This document shows positions 28,153-43,757 of a DNA stretch of 64,000 nucleotides, piece by piece (the stretch's first letter is position 1; the number at the start of each line of letters is the position of its first letter). The stretch comes from Octopus vulgaris. Taxonomy: Eukaryota. The stretch spans positions 70,804,001 through 70,868,000 of the forward strand of contig OX597831.1 in assembly GCA_951406725.2 (NCBI GenBank), written 5' to 3'. The translations under genes were made by a program, and so were the position numbers. The notes below the pieces were generated by a model, which saw only the letters and a list, made by a program, of their open reading frames with translations, made no database searches and was not told where the DNA came from.

Positions 28153-28364
28153 TATATGACAAGAACAAGAATAAAGAAAGTGACATCTTTATTTGATGAT
28201 TGCACCGTTCATTATTGGCAATCATTTCTACTGTGCCAACATATTAGATACAGAAAGAAAAATATAAAATTCTAATTAAATTAATATATCCCAAAATATA
28301 TGATAACAATATTATCAAGGCAATGTGTATGTGTGTATGTATGTGTGTGTGTTGTGTGTGTTTA

Positions 28365-28776
28365 TTCTTTTATTCTTTTACTTGTTTCAGTCATTTGCGA
28401 CCATGTTAGAGCACTGCCTTTAGTCAAACAAATTGACCCCAAAGCATAGTTTTTTTAAGCTTCGTACTACTTTCACCAAACTGCTAAGTTACAGGAATGT
28501 AAACACACCAACACTGGTTTCAAGCAGTGATGGGGGACCAACACAGACACAAAGATGCACACACAGATACACACACACACACACATACACACATACACAC
28601 ATATATGACGGGCTTCTTTCACTTTCCATCTACTAAATTCACTCAGAAGGCTTTGGTTGGCACAAGGCTATAGTGGGAGACACTTGCCCAAGGCGCCATG
28701 CAGTGGAACTGAACCTGGAACCATGTGGTAGGGATGCAAGCATCTTACCACACAGCCGCGCCTGCATGTATATATG

Positions 28777-28874
<98 letters not shown>

Positions 28875-29458
28875 TATACATATATAATGTGTGTGTGTGT
28901 ATGTATTATACACTTCATCCAGTAATCATTAACAAAATATATTGACTTATCATTATATATATGGCTGTATTTCAGGATGGTATATTTGTTTTTTTGTCAA
29001 ATAAGCACACACACTATATATTTGTTCTTCACTTGTTTATTATTGTTCCTATTCTAACTCATGTCCATTACTCTTTTACTTGTTTCAGTCATGTGACTGT
29101 GGCCTTTAGTCGAGCAAATCAATCCCAGAACTTATTCTTTGTAAGCCTAGTACTTATTCTTTTGGTCACATTTACCAAACTGCCAAGTTACGGGGACATA
29201 AACACACCAGCATCAGTTGTAAAGTGATGTTGAGGGAGGACAAACACAGACACATAAACATATACACACACATACATATATATATATACATATATACGAC
29301 AGGCTTCTTTCAGTTTCCTTCTACCAAATCCACTCACAAGGCTTTAATCAGCTCGAGGCTATAGTAGAAGACACTTGCCCAAGGCGCCACACAGTGGGAC
29401 TGAACCCAGAACCATATGGTTCATAATCAAGCTTCTTACCACACAGCCACTCCTACAC
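28365..29458 (-). mobile_element. Two SINE family A copies (28365-28765 and 29070-29458)
   Basis: Reverse-complement matches to family A. Confidence 0.8.
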
Positions 29459-29905
29459 CATTGTCCAGAAATCTTCCATCACACATCTGTGACCTCTTCA
29501 GTGACACTTTTCATCTTCATGTATGCTCTTGCTCCACTTGCTCCATTCTCATAATTTATACATTTCGTTATATAACAGTTTTGACTTCAGCTCATTTGAT
29601 ATCATTGTTAGTAGAATTTGTTTTTACTTTTCTTTTTTGAAAAAGCGTATACAGTAATAATTTAATTTTTGTTCCATTTAAAAATATATTTAACTATTTA
29701 TAGAACATTCATAAATATCCTATACCATAGATGTTACATATCTGTCTTTATTAGCAACCACATCACCATAGTTACAAGTTATATTTGATTTTTCCCCCCC
29801 TTACAGTTGTTTTGTATCTTCTCAGCTTGTACTTGCTCTCTGTCACCCACTTAAACTATTCTCAAGCATAGGAATATAAATTTTTTTATGCACTCACTCA
29901 CTCAC

Positions 29906-29940
<35 letters not shown>

Positions 29941-30037
29941 TACATATGTATAACTTTAAAAACTAAATGAAAAGTATTCAATAGAAAGAGTAAGCTTTAG
30001 AGTTTTATTTTGAAACATGGAATTAAATGAAAGCATA

Positions 30038-30078
<41 letters not shown>

Positions 30079-31071
30079 TCATCATCATCATCATTGTTTA
30101 ACGTCTTGTTTTCCATGCTAGCATGGATTGGACAGTTTGACTGGGGTCTGGAAAGCCTGGAGGCTGCACCAGGCTCCAGTCTGATCTGGCAAGGTTTCTA
30201 CAGCTGGATGCCCTTCCTAACGCCAACCACTCCGTGAGTGTAGTGGGTGCTTTTTAGGTGCCACTGACACAGGGGCCAGAGGAGGCTGGCAAACGGCCAT
30301 GATTGGTTGGTGCTTTTATGTGTCACCGACATGAACGCCAGTCAGGCAGCATATATATATAATCATCATCAACATTTGATGTCTGTTTTTTATGCTAGTA
30401 TAGGTTGGACGGCTTCATAGGAACTGGCAAGGCCAGGGGCCATACCAGGCTCCATGGTCTGTTTTGGCTTAGTTTCTATGACCAGGTGCCCTTCCTGGTG
30501 CCAGATACTCCACAGAGTATACTGGATACTTTTTACACGGCACCGGCACCCACATCAATGCTTTTTATGTGACACCTTGGTTTTAGGATCTCAATTCTAT
30601 TGTGCTGAGCAGAGGTTTATATATGTGGGCCCTGTGTCACTAAGAAGTTTGCTTCTCAGCCAGATGGCATCAAGTTCAGGCTAACTGTGCAGCACCTTGG
30701 GCAAGTCTTTAAACCATGAAATAACTTCATTGGTATTATGCCATAAGAGGAAACTGAATGCTTCCCTTATGATGTCATTGGTCCTTCTTAGTATATGCTA
30801 GCTTGCCAGTCCAATTTCCAATCCAGCTGGGTTAATCAAGCAGCATTTGGAGTTGGAGGCAAGGTTTGCTTTGTTTTCTCTGATGATGATAAAAGCATTC
30901 CTCTTAGCTAACACTTCCACCTTATCAGTTCACCTTGGATTGCTGACTAACAATTTGGTTTTGTTGTTTATATTATTGTATATTATTGTATTGTATGTGT
31001 GTGGGTAAGCTCATCTACAATTTTGTGTGATGCTATTCTCTAACAGCCTATCATATGTGATGGTGTCTACT

Positions 31072-31440
31072 CTATACAGGTTTTTTGGTTTTATCAGAGA
31101 ACAGTAAGGATCTCTCTGAATTTTTTAATAGACACATATTGGAAGAGAGCTTGTGCTGAAAAGGGCTGGAGGACATACAGAATCTCAGTTTGGGGATGAT
31201 GCCCTGTAAGTCTGCTTTGCAGGTCTCAAGAACTATGAACCTGGGTGGAAACCTCCTGGATTTGGTGTTGCAAGGGTTGGCCACTGAGGGTGGAGCAGTT
31301 TGGTCATAGAAGTATGCCTTCCATCTCTTGCAGTGTAAGGTCAATGATCTTACATGCTGCATCCTCGTGTAGAGTTTGTTTGAAGGTGTGGGTATTTTTG
31401 TTGAGTAACGTAGATCATATAATTCCATGTCTGTAAAGAG
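31072..31440 (-). mobile_element. Penelope-like ORF N-terminal fragment
   Basis: KSRRFPP..LE..KADL..II.KLRF..SSPFQHKL..KNSE..LLFSDKTK resembles the region preceding the RT core in PLEs (ADKT motif). Confidence 0.55.
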
Positions 31441-31654
31441 AGTATTTTTTGTGACAATGTATATGTGCACAGTCGGTGGGGCAGCTATATAACATGAGCC
31501 ATGTAGTAGCTTATTGCAATACAGTCTCCGTTTGAGGAGTGTAGAGAATCAGTCAGGAGTTCATAAGTCCAAAAAGAAGGACATCCTAAACTTCAGAGCG
31601 GTAATAATTAATATAGTTGTTAGTTAAAGCCAGTCAGGAAGTTACCATTGGTTT

Positions 31655-31975
31655 CACACTTGGTTATTATGTGTGAAGTGCAGTTGAGCAAGAGACCAAC
31701 AAAACTCCTTGTAACACCAAAGATGAACTGAAGGCAAGGAATATGGAAGCATTCACCAACTTAAACAAGGAAACTATTCAGAAGAGCTGCAAGTGATTCC
31801 GAAGTCATCTGGAAGCCATGTTTGAAGCCAATGACAATTTTATTGAATAAATTTACTCTTTAATATTTCAAGATATTTTCATGTAATTTTGATAAATATA
31901 TCTGTTAAACTGAGATGTTAGTATTATTTTCATTTTTGCGTAATTTAGATGACAGATCATTCACAGTACCCTATA
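31655..31975 (+). mobile_element. Tc1/mariner-superfamily 3' fragment
   Basis: LGYYV*SAVEQETNKTPCNTKDELKAR..LNKETIQKSCK*FRSHLEAMFEANDNFIE*, followed by a probable TIR ending CCCTATA. Confidence 0.75.
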
Positions 31976-32876
31976 TATGTTAATGTTTATACATAAGCTG
32001 TACTATTAAATATCACATAAAGTGTTTTGTATAATATGTAAGGCTGGAAGTGAGAGATCTATTTTTGAACTGTGTAATTCTGTAAGGTCATGTGTCATCT
32101 TTATGATTTTGTTAATGTTCTTTGTTTTACCATACTAAGTACTCCAATTATCATTGGTACTGATTTCACTGTGTGCCTCTCATCCTTTTCTTCCAAATTC
32201 ATGGTTCTTGTATTTTGAAGGATGATGACGATGGAGATCATAGCAGTTGTGATAGTGTTGATAGTGGTAGTCAATCATCATTGTGCTTGTTGTTATTATA
32301 GGGCACTGTATTGGCAGATGCATTACATTCTAAGTTCATATCCTTCTGAAGGGAAATCTTCTCACTGTAAAATTGTTGGCCTTGTGCCTAAAACAGAAAC
32401 AAATATTATTAATGTTTGTGCAGATGTTGATATTTTTGTCTCAATAAATACTCTAAATTTGATATTTTCTTCAATTTGATCAAATCCATTTCAATATAGA
32501 ACAAATTATGATAAACGATTTCTGAAAAATATTTTCTTCATTATTAAAAAAATGAAAGACACATTACTGGTTATGCATTGCGCAAGATTTATTACATCTA
32601 AAGTAAAACAAATAAAGTGAGTTTGAATCAGTCACATTAAATTCTTAACACATTGTTTCATGTTACATATACACATACACACACCTACATTCATATGCAC
32701 AAACTCAACATTCCACATGCACAACATATTTTCTGTCATATATAAATATAAATGCGTGTGTATTTGTGTATAAATATACATGCATATATTAATTTATAAT
32801 TGTAAATATGTGCTTTTGCAAACACACACATACACATATTTATATACATATACATACATACATTCATATATATATA

Positions 32877-32955
<79 letters not shown>

Positions 32956-33546
32956 GTATGTATGTATGTAAATAGAAATGTAATTTCTAAATCTCTCTAA
33001 AGGAAAGATACAGCAGCAGTACTGAATATAATATATTATTGCCAAACTAAAGTGGCAGTCCATAAAAATAGGATGAATGCTGCTGTTGATTAGCTCCGAG
33101 AGGTGATCCCCTCTAGCTAGCTGTATGAAGCATGAACCTGCATCCGTAAACCTTCGAATAGAGGAGGTCAAGGGAACAATTGATCCAGTCTAGGGAGCAG
33201 CTTTCTCATGAGATTAACATGCAAGTGGCTGAGTACTCCACAGACAAGCGTACCCATTCGGGGTGATTCAGCATGACACAGAGTGTGACAAGGCCCCTTG
33301 AAATACAAGTACTACTAATTTTTTTGCCAGCTGAGTGTCTTGCTCAAGGACACCACATACTGCTGGGAATCAAATACACGACTCTACAATTGTGAACCAA
33401 ATACCTTAATCCCTCAGCCACACACCTCACATACATACACAACACACACACATGCATATGTATATAGATATATATATTGTATATATACACCCTTTTTATT
33501 GAGATTTTGTGATTGAAAATTCTGTATTTGGAAAAATATTTCTCGA

Positions 33547-33832
33547 GTGGCTGTGTGGTAGGTAGCTTGTCGTATATATGCATATATATATATATATATG
33601 TGCGTGTATGTTTGTGTATCTGTGTTTGTGTTTCCCCCCCCCCCAACATCGCTTGACAACCGATGCTGGTGCGTTTATGTCCCCGTCACTTAGCAGTTCG
33701 GCAAAAGAGACCGATAGAATAAGTACTGGGCTTACAAAGAATAAGTCCCGGTGTCGAGTTGCTCGATTAAAGGCGGTGCTCCAGCGTGGCCACAGTCAAA
33801 TGACTGAAACAAGTAAAAGAGTAAAAGAGTAA
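33547..33832 (+). mobile_element. SINE family A, internally deleted
   Basis: The first ~25 nt of the head join directly to the microsatellite and tail. Confidence 0.8.
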
Positions 33833-35113
33833 TACTGGAATTAACCAGAGACAGAAATCTTTCACCCAACACACCACCATCATTATCATCCTCATCATTA
33901 TCATCATTTTACAACTGCTTTATTTACTTATTTATTTGTTTTTAATGATGTTGCCATGACCACTTGTCATGGTCTTCATTGTCTGATACTCATAGTAACT
34001 GATAGAAACACACCTGATTTTCTCCCCTCCATGTATCTGACTCATGCATTGTTCACTTTCCAGACATTTCTACATTACTGCATGTGCTTTATATGCACTG
34101 TCTGACAAGTTGTGGTGCACCTGAGCACTGTATACAATAATTTCATTATTATTATTATTATTTTATCTTTATAGTTATATACGTTATGTTATTTTTGTAC
34201 AAGATTTTAATCACCCCACAGGCACAACAGTGGTTGTCCCCATTGAGGACACTTGAAGGTTTCCTTTATGCTGTGTTGTCTTAATTTGTTCCTTCCTCTT
34301 TGTGATTTTTTTAACAGTTAGAGGCTCTTTCTAACACCAATCAGTGTACAGCTGATATAAGGGCACATGTCACTGATGATGCTGAGGAAACCCCTCTACC
34401 CTATGTAAATATATGTATATAGTCTATGTGTGTATATAATGTTTATAATTGGTAGTCTGAGTTCCACCTTATTTATAGTTTTGTAAGCATAGAAAACACA
34501 TCCATATCTAATGATGAAGAGCTGATAATTAACTGATAATGATGAAGAGTCTATAATTAACTACACACAACTCCAAGTAAATGTCTCGTGTGTAACTGTC
34601 AGTTAGTCATGTGTGTGTGTGTATGTGTGTGTGTGTGTATGTGTATATCTTTTACTCGTTTCAGTCATTGGATCATGACCATGCTGGGGCACCACCTTGA
34701 GGGGTTAAGTGGAACAAATTAACCATAATACTTTTTTTTTTTTTATCAAGCCTGGTACTTATTCTATCAGTCTCTTTTTGCCAAACAACTAAGTTACAGG
34801 GATGCAAACAAACCATTACTGGTTGTCAAGTGGTGGTGGGAAGCAAACAGAAATGCAAAGACACACATACATAGATTATATATATCGTGGGTTTCTTTCA
34901 GTTTCCATGAACCAATGGGAAGCAAACTTTGTAGCATACAGTCATGCTTGTGCAATGAATATCTTTGATTAATCTCATCTTTAGAGATGAAAGATGTTTT
35001 AATATTTAAATCTTCACAGATATTTTGACGTTAAAAGTCTGAGACATTATAATCATATGATTACAGAATGTTAATACACTTGATTATTATTTTTTGTATC
35101 AGTTTGTTCTGGA

Positions 35114-37273
35114 GGATTGTGATATACCCATAGCACTCACAGGATTGTGATATAGCCATAGCACTCACAGGATTGTGATATACCCATAGCACTCACAGGA
35201 TTGTGATATACCCATAGCACTCACAGGATTGTGATATAGCCATAGCACTCACAGGATGGTGATATAGCCATAGCACTCACAGGATTGTGATATACCCATA
35301 GCACTCACAGGATTGTGATATACCCATAGCACTCACAGGATTGTGATATATCCATAGCACTCACAGGATGGTGATATACCCATAGCACTCACAGGATTGT
35401 GATATATCCATAGCACTCACAGGATTGTGATATAGCCATAGCACTCACAGGATTGTGATATATCCATAGCACTCACAGGATGGTGATATACCCATAGCAC
35501 TCACAGGATTGTGATATACCCATAGCACTCACAGGATTGTGATATATCCATAGCACTCACAGGATGGTGATATACCCATAGCACTCACAGGATTGTGATA
35601 TACCCATAGCACTCACAGGATTGTGATATAGCCATAGCACTCACAGGATTGTGATATATCCATAGCACTCACAGGATTGTGATATATCCATAGCACTCAC
35701 AGGATTGTGATATAGCCATAGCACTCACAGGATTGTGATATATCCATAGCACTCACAGGATTGTGATATAGCCATAGCACTCACAGGATGGTGATATACC
35801 CATAGCACTCACAGGATGGTGATATACCCATAGCACTCACAGGATGGTGATATACCCATAGCACTCACAGGATGGTGATATACCCATAGCACTCACAGGA
35901 TTGTGATATACCCATAGCACTCACAGGATGGTGATATATCCATAGCACTCACAGGATGGTGATATACCCATAGCACTCACAGGATGGTGATATACCCATA
36001 GCACTCACAGGATTGTGATATATCCATAGCACTCACAGGATGGTGATATACCCATAGCACTCACAGGATGGTGATATACCCATAGCACTCACAGGATGGT
36101 GATATACCCATAGCACTCACAGGATTGTGATATACCCATAGCACTCACAGGATGGTGATATACTCATAGCACTCACAGGATGGTGATATACCCATAGCAC
36201 TCACAGGATTGTGATATATCCATAGCACTCACAGGATGGTGATATACCCATAGCACTCACAGGATTGTGATATATCCATAGCACTCACAAGATGGTGATA
36301 TACCCATAGCACTCACAGGATGGTGATATACCCATAGCACTCACAGGATTGTGATATAGCCATAGCACTCACAGGATGGTGATATACCCATAGCACTCAC
36401 AGGATGGTGATATACCCATAGCACTCACTGGATGGTGATATACCCATAGCACTCACAGGATGGTGATATACCCATAGCACTCACAGGATGGTGATATACC
36501 CATAGCACTCACAGGATTGTGATATACCCATAGCACTCACAGGATTGTGATATACCCATAGCACTCACAGGATGATGATATATCCATAGCACTCACAGGA
36601 TTGTGATATACCCATAGCACTCACAGGATTGTGATATAGCCATAGCACTCACAGGATGGTGATATACCCATAGCACTCACAGGATGGTGATACACCCATA
36701 GCACTCACAGGATGGTGATATACCCATAGCACTCACAGGATGGTGATATATCCATAACACTCACAGGATGGTGATATACCCATAGCACTCACAGGATTGT
36801 GATATATACCCATAGCACTCACAGGATTGTGATATACCCATAGCACTCACAGGATGGTGATATACCCATAGCACTCACAGGATGGTGATATACCCATAGC
36901 ACTCACAGGATTGTGATATACCCATAGCACTCACAGGATGGTGATATACCCATAGCACTCACAGGATGGTGATATACCCATAGCACTCACAGGATGGTGA
37001 TATACCCATAGCACTCACAGGATTGTGATATATCCATAGCACTCACAGGATGGTGATATACCCATAGCACTCACAGGATTGTGATATACCCATAGCACTC
37101 ACAGGATTGTGATATACCCATAGCACTCACAGGATTGTGATATACCCATAGCACTCACAGGATGGTGATATACCCATAGCACTCACAGGATGGTGATATA
37201 CCCATAGCACTCACAGGATTGTGATATACCCATAACACTCACAGGATTGTGATATACCCACAGCACTCACAGG
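35114..37273. repeat. 28-bp minisatellite, ~77 copies (GGATKGTGATATABCCATAGCACTCACA)
   Basis: The period of 28 is read directly, with variation mostly at two positions and no unique spacers. Confidence 0.97.
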
Positions 37274-37658
37274 CCATCAGAACTAATAAAGTCAACATGG
37301 TTAACATCTCTGCTTAATTGCAACTTGATGACTGATAAGGAAAAATAAACAACAAAAGCTAAATAAATAAATATAAATTTAAAAACAAAAAAAATTACAG
37401 AATGAGAATTTGTGGAAAGACATTTTGGTAAGAAAGGATGGATAAATAGAATCAAATTATGACGAACTATTTCGGGTTTGAATTCATGAAAGTACTTGTG
37501 AAAGTAAAATGAAATTGTTTTAACTTGATTTGCACCTTAAAAGCCACATTTATATAAAGCTAATCTATATTTTTAGTTTATCATAAAAATATAGTCATGG
37601 GATATACTGTCTGAGATAGTGTTGCCATTTTCTAAAATAAATATTTACAAAAGTAATA

Positions 37659-37823
37659 GGCGCAGGAGTGGCTGTGTGGTAAGTAGCTTGTTTACCAGCC
37701 ACATAGTTCTGGGTTCAGTCCCACTGCGTGGCATCTTGGGCAAGTGTCCTCTACTATAGCCCCAGGCTGACCAATGCCTTGTGAGTGGATATGGTAGACG
37801 GAAACTGAAAGAAGCCCGTCGTA

Positions 37824-37865
<42 letters not shown>

Positions 37866-38090
37866 TGTGTGTGTTTGTGTGAGTGTGTTTGTCCCCCTAG
37901 CATTGCTTGACAACCGATGCTGGTGTGTTTATGTCCCCGTTACTTAGCGGTTCGGCAAAAGAGACCGATAGAATAAGTACTGGGCTTACAAAAGAATAAG
38001 TCCCGGGGTCGAGTTGCTCGATTAAAGGCGGTGCTCCAGCATGGCCGCAGTCAAATGACTGAAACAAGCAAAAGAGTAAAGAGTAAAGAG
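37659..38090 (+). mobile_element. SINE family A, full length
   Basis: Near-identical to 27735-28152. Confidence 0.9.
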
Positions 38091-40899
38091 TATTCCATTA
38101 AAATAACACGTAAGCTGAGAAAATATATATAAGTGCATAACTCTGTTATAAACTTTGAATTAAAATTAAGCAATTTCTAAGGAGAATTGTAAACATGAGC
38201 CTCCTTATACATGCACGGGGCAATAACTTGTGACTGGCTTTGTCATTGTCACTTGTTGGCTGATGTTGGTTGGAGTAACATAGAACAAAATGAGTTTGAG
38301 GAGAAGTGATATTATATAGTTGTAAAAGCTATAGAAGTCGAATTTGAAAGAATACATTGACATTCTTTTAGATTTGTCTTTCAGATTAGATTCATAGTTT
38401 GTATCTTCCCCTGTAGTCTCCTAAGTGTTAAAGTTTTGTCTGATAGGATTAACTCTTTTGCAACCAACTCGACTAAGACTGCCTCTGGTTCTACTTTTCT
38501 AACAATTTTATCTAAAAATGTTCATAATTACATTCAAACCTTCCATCGTAATTTTATAAAAGAAACATTTGTTAAGCTATTTTAAGCGTCTTTATAACAA
38601 AAAAGTTATTTCTTTTCCATAGCAAAAGAAATAACATTTTCATTATAAAGATTCTTAAATTCTTGACGCTTTTCACAATTAGTTAAAACATAGACCAGTA
38701 TATTTCAAGAGAAATATAACAAAAAAGAATTAAAGAGAGAAATGAATTACAGAGGTGTTTGTTTTATACATGATATACATGTTTATGCAGCTGTGTTTTG
38801 TGGCCAACTGTTGCATAGAAGATAAAATTAGCGAATCACCATTTGATAAAAACAACATTCATATTTCCTCACTAAAATTGCAATTATTTCATGTCTGACA
38901 AACAATAGACTACTTACTCTCATTAGCTTTATTATATTCCATCTGCATGATACCAACCATTGTATTAAATCTCCTACAGCCAGCTTCTCGGTCAAAGCAA
39001 TAATCAACAATGCAAAATATCTTTTAGCATTACGAGAAAAATTGCACGAGAATTGACTTTGGTACGCACACAAACGTTTTCATTTATGCGTACAAACGTA
39101 TTACTAACAAACACATTAATATATCAATGTATTTATATATGTTTACATATTTTCAAAAATGCACAAATGCACACCAACATATAATTTATACTCTTAAATT
39201 TGTATATACTAATACACATTCACAAACATGTGCATGTATGTATAAATACACAAGGATACATGTAGACACACACACACACACACACACACATCATACTGCC
39301 TTGTCCTAGTAATCTATCTATGACAATTTTTTTTCCTTGAGCCTTTTCATTTCATTTAAACTTCTACAGGTCATTTCTGATCATAGTTAATTATCAGGTG
39401 ATAGATGACCTCCCTCATACTAAATGTAGAGTATAATCTAGAATCCTTGAGACTTGGTTATGAGCAATATTAGTTTTAAAAATGTTTCACAAGTTCTATA
39501 GACACTAAGAGTGAAAAGTGTCAGTTTTATGCTTATTTAGTTAGGGTACATTACATGATGAAAGCAGGGCAGGGGTCAGCAACCTTTTCTGAAGTAGCCA
39601 TATTAGGGATGGCTGATAACAATAAGGCTGATAAAAAATAAAACTGTAGCCCTACAAGGCTACAGAAACAGCCTTTTTAAAAGTCTTGAAATTTCACTGG
39701 TTGCAATGGTAGAATTGCTACACACTAAATAATGAGGAAATCAGTATGTACCATATATGACATTGGATGCCATGAAGAGGTAAAGCAGTTTTAATTAGGC
39801 CAAATGGGGATGATTGAATTTCATATTAAATGTGGTCCCAACCAGTTTACATGTTTTCTCAATGGACAAATTAACACATTTTGTTGCTTCTGCTTTTCTT
39901 AGAACCAATGATTCATGTAAATCAGGGATTCTTAACTGGGGTCCTTATGACTTTTGAGGGTCCACGTGGGATATTGTTCTTAAAGTTTATGTGCAATAAA
40001 TTGGTTACACGTCTACAATTCATGAAATATTTTAATGCCTTTTACACAATTCCTAGCAATATTTAATTATAAAAAGACAACAGGACTTTTTTAAACATTG
40101 AATGGCTATGGAGATTCACCTGAGTAAAAGAGGAAACAAAGGGGTCCATCATCATCATCATCAGCATCGTTTAACGTCCGCCTTCCATGCTAGCATGGGT
40201 TGGACGATTTTGACTGAGGGCTGGCGAACCAGACAGCCACACCGGGCTCCAATCTTGATCTGACAGTTTCTACAGCTGGATGCCCTTCCTAACGCCAACC
40301 ACTCTGAGAGTGTAGTGGGTGCTTTAAAAAATGGTTGAGAACTATATTGTGACAGTATCATGAAGACATTTACTGCTTAAAATATTACTAGAATAAGTGG
40401 GGGGGGACAGTCAGTACCACAGGTGAAGGAAAAGGAAATATTCAAGAGATATTCTCTGTAAATACAAGAGAAATAAAGAACCATCATATTAAGAATGTTA
40501 TTTAAAGTTTTTTTAACTAAATAGAAAAGTTGTAATTAGCTGAAAAGTGATTTAATCTGAGACTGTGTTGAAACTCAATCAATTATTTAGCAGTATCAAC
40601 ACAGACCAGCATGCTTTCTTGTTAATATTATTCTTCAACCCTAGGTCACCACTTATGAAGAGACCAAAGGCAAGAGGTATTCCAACTTATGATATTGCAC
40701 ATCTTTAATTTCAGCTTTGTGTATCTGGAGCAGTGTTTCTCAGTCCTTTTGACTTCACGGTTCACTGGAGATCTGGCAAAATATTACTGCTGCACATCGC
40801 ATGGAAAGTTAAAAACAAAAATGTCTTCATGTGAAAACAAAAGAAAACTAATAAGTGGGCCATAGTGGTCCATTGACGACAAGAGAAAGAAGAACCAAA

Positions 40900-41573
<674 letters not shown>

Positions 41574-42467
41574 ACCAAAGAATTATAATTAAGTATTTTA
41601 CAGTGGGACGTATTTGACAATAGAGGGAAGTTGACTAGACAGGAAATATGATAAATAGTAAAATGTGAGTGACAAGAATATGGACAACACAAAGTAAACT
41701 TTTAAATGCCTAAGCAGTTAGCACAAAATAAAAAAAAAGGGGAAGTATGTAGTCTTTCATAACCACAAAAATGCAAAACAAAAGAAACCAAAGCATGTGT
41801 AGCTGATGCAGGAAGAGAAAATGAAGGTTTGATTCTTTAGTATTCAAATGGGCCATAATCCAGCCAAGATATTCTATGTGCTCTATGCTCAAACTGGCAA
41901 GATCCAGCCTCTCTCACCAACCCTACAATGTTGTTTCTAATAATAAACAGTCACCTTGAAACTATGAGACAATGCAGGATTAATGCAAAGCAATGTGAAT
42001 GAATAAGCATTACAGATAGCAGAGTAAACTGAATGCTAAAGGGTTAAAGGTTTGTTTATATGTCTTAGACGAATGAAAGATAGTGGCAAGAGAGGTGGAG
42101 GAGACATTGTTGACACTGGGTGAGTAGGAGTGAAATAAAAGGCAGACATGGTGTCTGAATAGAAATAAGAAGGAAGCGACATGAAAAGGAGATGGAAAGA
42201 GAGAGAAAGAAAGAAAAACAGAGAAAAAATGAGGGAGAGAGAGAGAAAGTGAGAGATGTGAGGCAAAGGAACAAAAGGAATAGGGATAAAGGAAATGAGA
42301 TAAAAACAATGGGACAGAAAAGCAACAATAATGTCTTACATATTTGTGTGTAGAAATTAGATAGGGAAGTACTCAATACACATTTGTTTGAAAAATCTAG
42401 AGCAATCACTAATTTTTTACATTCATCAAAGTTACTAGAGAAACCTGACTGTAACTTTGAGAAATCC

Positions 42468-42511
<44 letters not shown>

Positions 42512-42551
42512 GTCATTTTCATCGTCATCATCATCATCATCATCATCATCG

Positions 42552-42623
<72 letters not shown>

Positions 42624-42671
42624 CCACCACCACCATCATCATCACCACCACCACCATCATCATCACCACCA

Positions 42672-42704
<33 letters not shown>

Positions 42705-42711
42705 TTTCATT

Positions 42712-42749
<38 letters not shown>

Positions 42750-42780
42750 TTTCATCATCATCATCATCATCATCATCGTT
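42468..42780. repeat. (CAT)n/(CAC)n microsatellite
   Basis: Seen directly. It is the source of the poly-S/H/D/M ORFs. Confidence 0.95.
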
Positions 42781-43757
42781 ATCCTCTTCCTCATCTTCTT
42801 TTGCTGCTGTTTCAAATGTTGGTGACCAAACATTGTGTGAGTTCTTGGAGGTGTTTCTCTGCCAGTCCTTCATAGCTTGTTGATGTTTTATTAGTTGAGG
42901 CACCATTATGGTATACAATGCTTTTCTTATTGATGTTTGCCTTTTAGAGAGACTGACCTCCCAATTCAAGCAATTGTTCTTTCCACTCTTGCTTTGCCTG
43001 CAACATTTTTACATTGTAATTCTTAATGCCACTTTACGTGATTACTTGAAAGCTTGGTGAACACCATTTCAACTGTTCTCGGTCATTTCTGATCAACGCA
43101 CCACTTACTTTAGTGATTTTTCTGTATAAAACTATGAAAAAAAAAATTTTTAAATAAATTTAAAAAAAATGAAAATTAATCATCTTACCTACCAGCCGTA
43201 TGTATATAATGGGAATAAGATTTTATTTCATTCACTTCTGTTTCTGCAGACACAATATGAAGTGTCTTTATAAAGACTTTTTTTTCTTTTCTTTTTTTTT
43301 TCATTATTTTTTTCCCCCTATTGTTATTTTTAATTCTGGAGTATTCTTGTAAAAATCCAAGGGTTTTGGTTGTGGGAGATGAATTTACAGAACTGGCAAA
43401 ACTGTTTTCATAGATGTGTTCAATATGAAGTGAATTTCAATGCTCCTTCTCTGATATATAATGAAAATTTATTTTTTTATTTTTGGTCACTGATTCCATT
43501 AATTTTCTTATATCAATAGATAAAGTTGTGTTTGCATGAATAGAGAGAGAGAGAGAGAGAGAGAGAATGAGAGAGAAAGAGAGTCAGAGATAAATATCTA
43601 TACATATATGTATATATGTATGTATCTATCTATCTGTCTATATATTCTTTCATTCTTTAACTTACTTCAGTCATCTGACTGCGGACATGCGGGAGCACCA
43701 CATTTATGTGTGTGTGTGTGTATGTGTGTGTGTATGTGTGTGTGTATGTGTATGTGT

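Noticed and set aside
34370-34400. CTGATGA..GAAA hammerhead-like core
   Set aside because: No convincing stems I, II or III.
35114-37273. CRISPR-like array (28-bp repeats)
   Set aside because: The repeats are contiguous with no unique spacers, there are no cas genes, and the context is eukaryotic.
42384-42969. Poly-D/M/H/S ORFs
   Set aside because: They arise from a (CAT)n microsatellite that is open in several frames.
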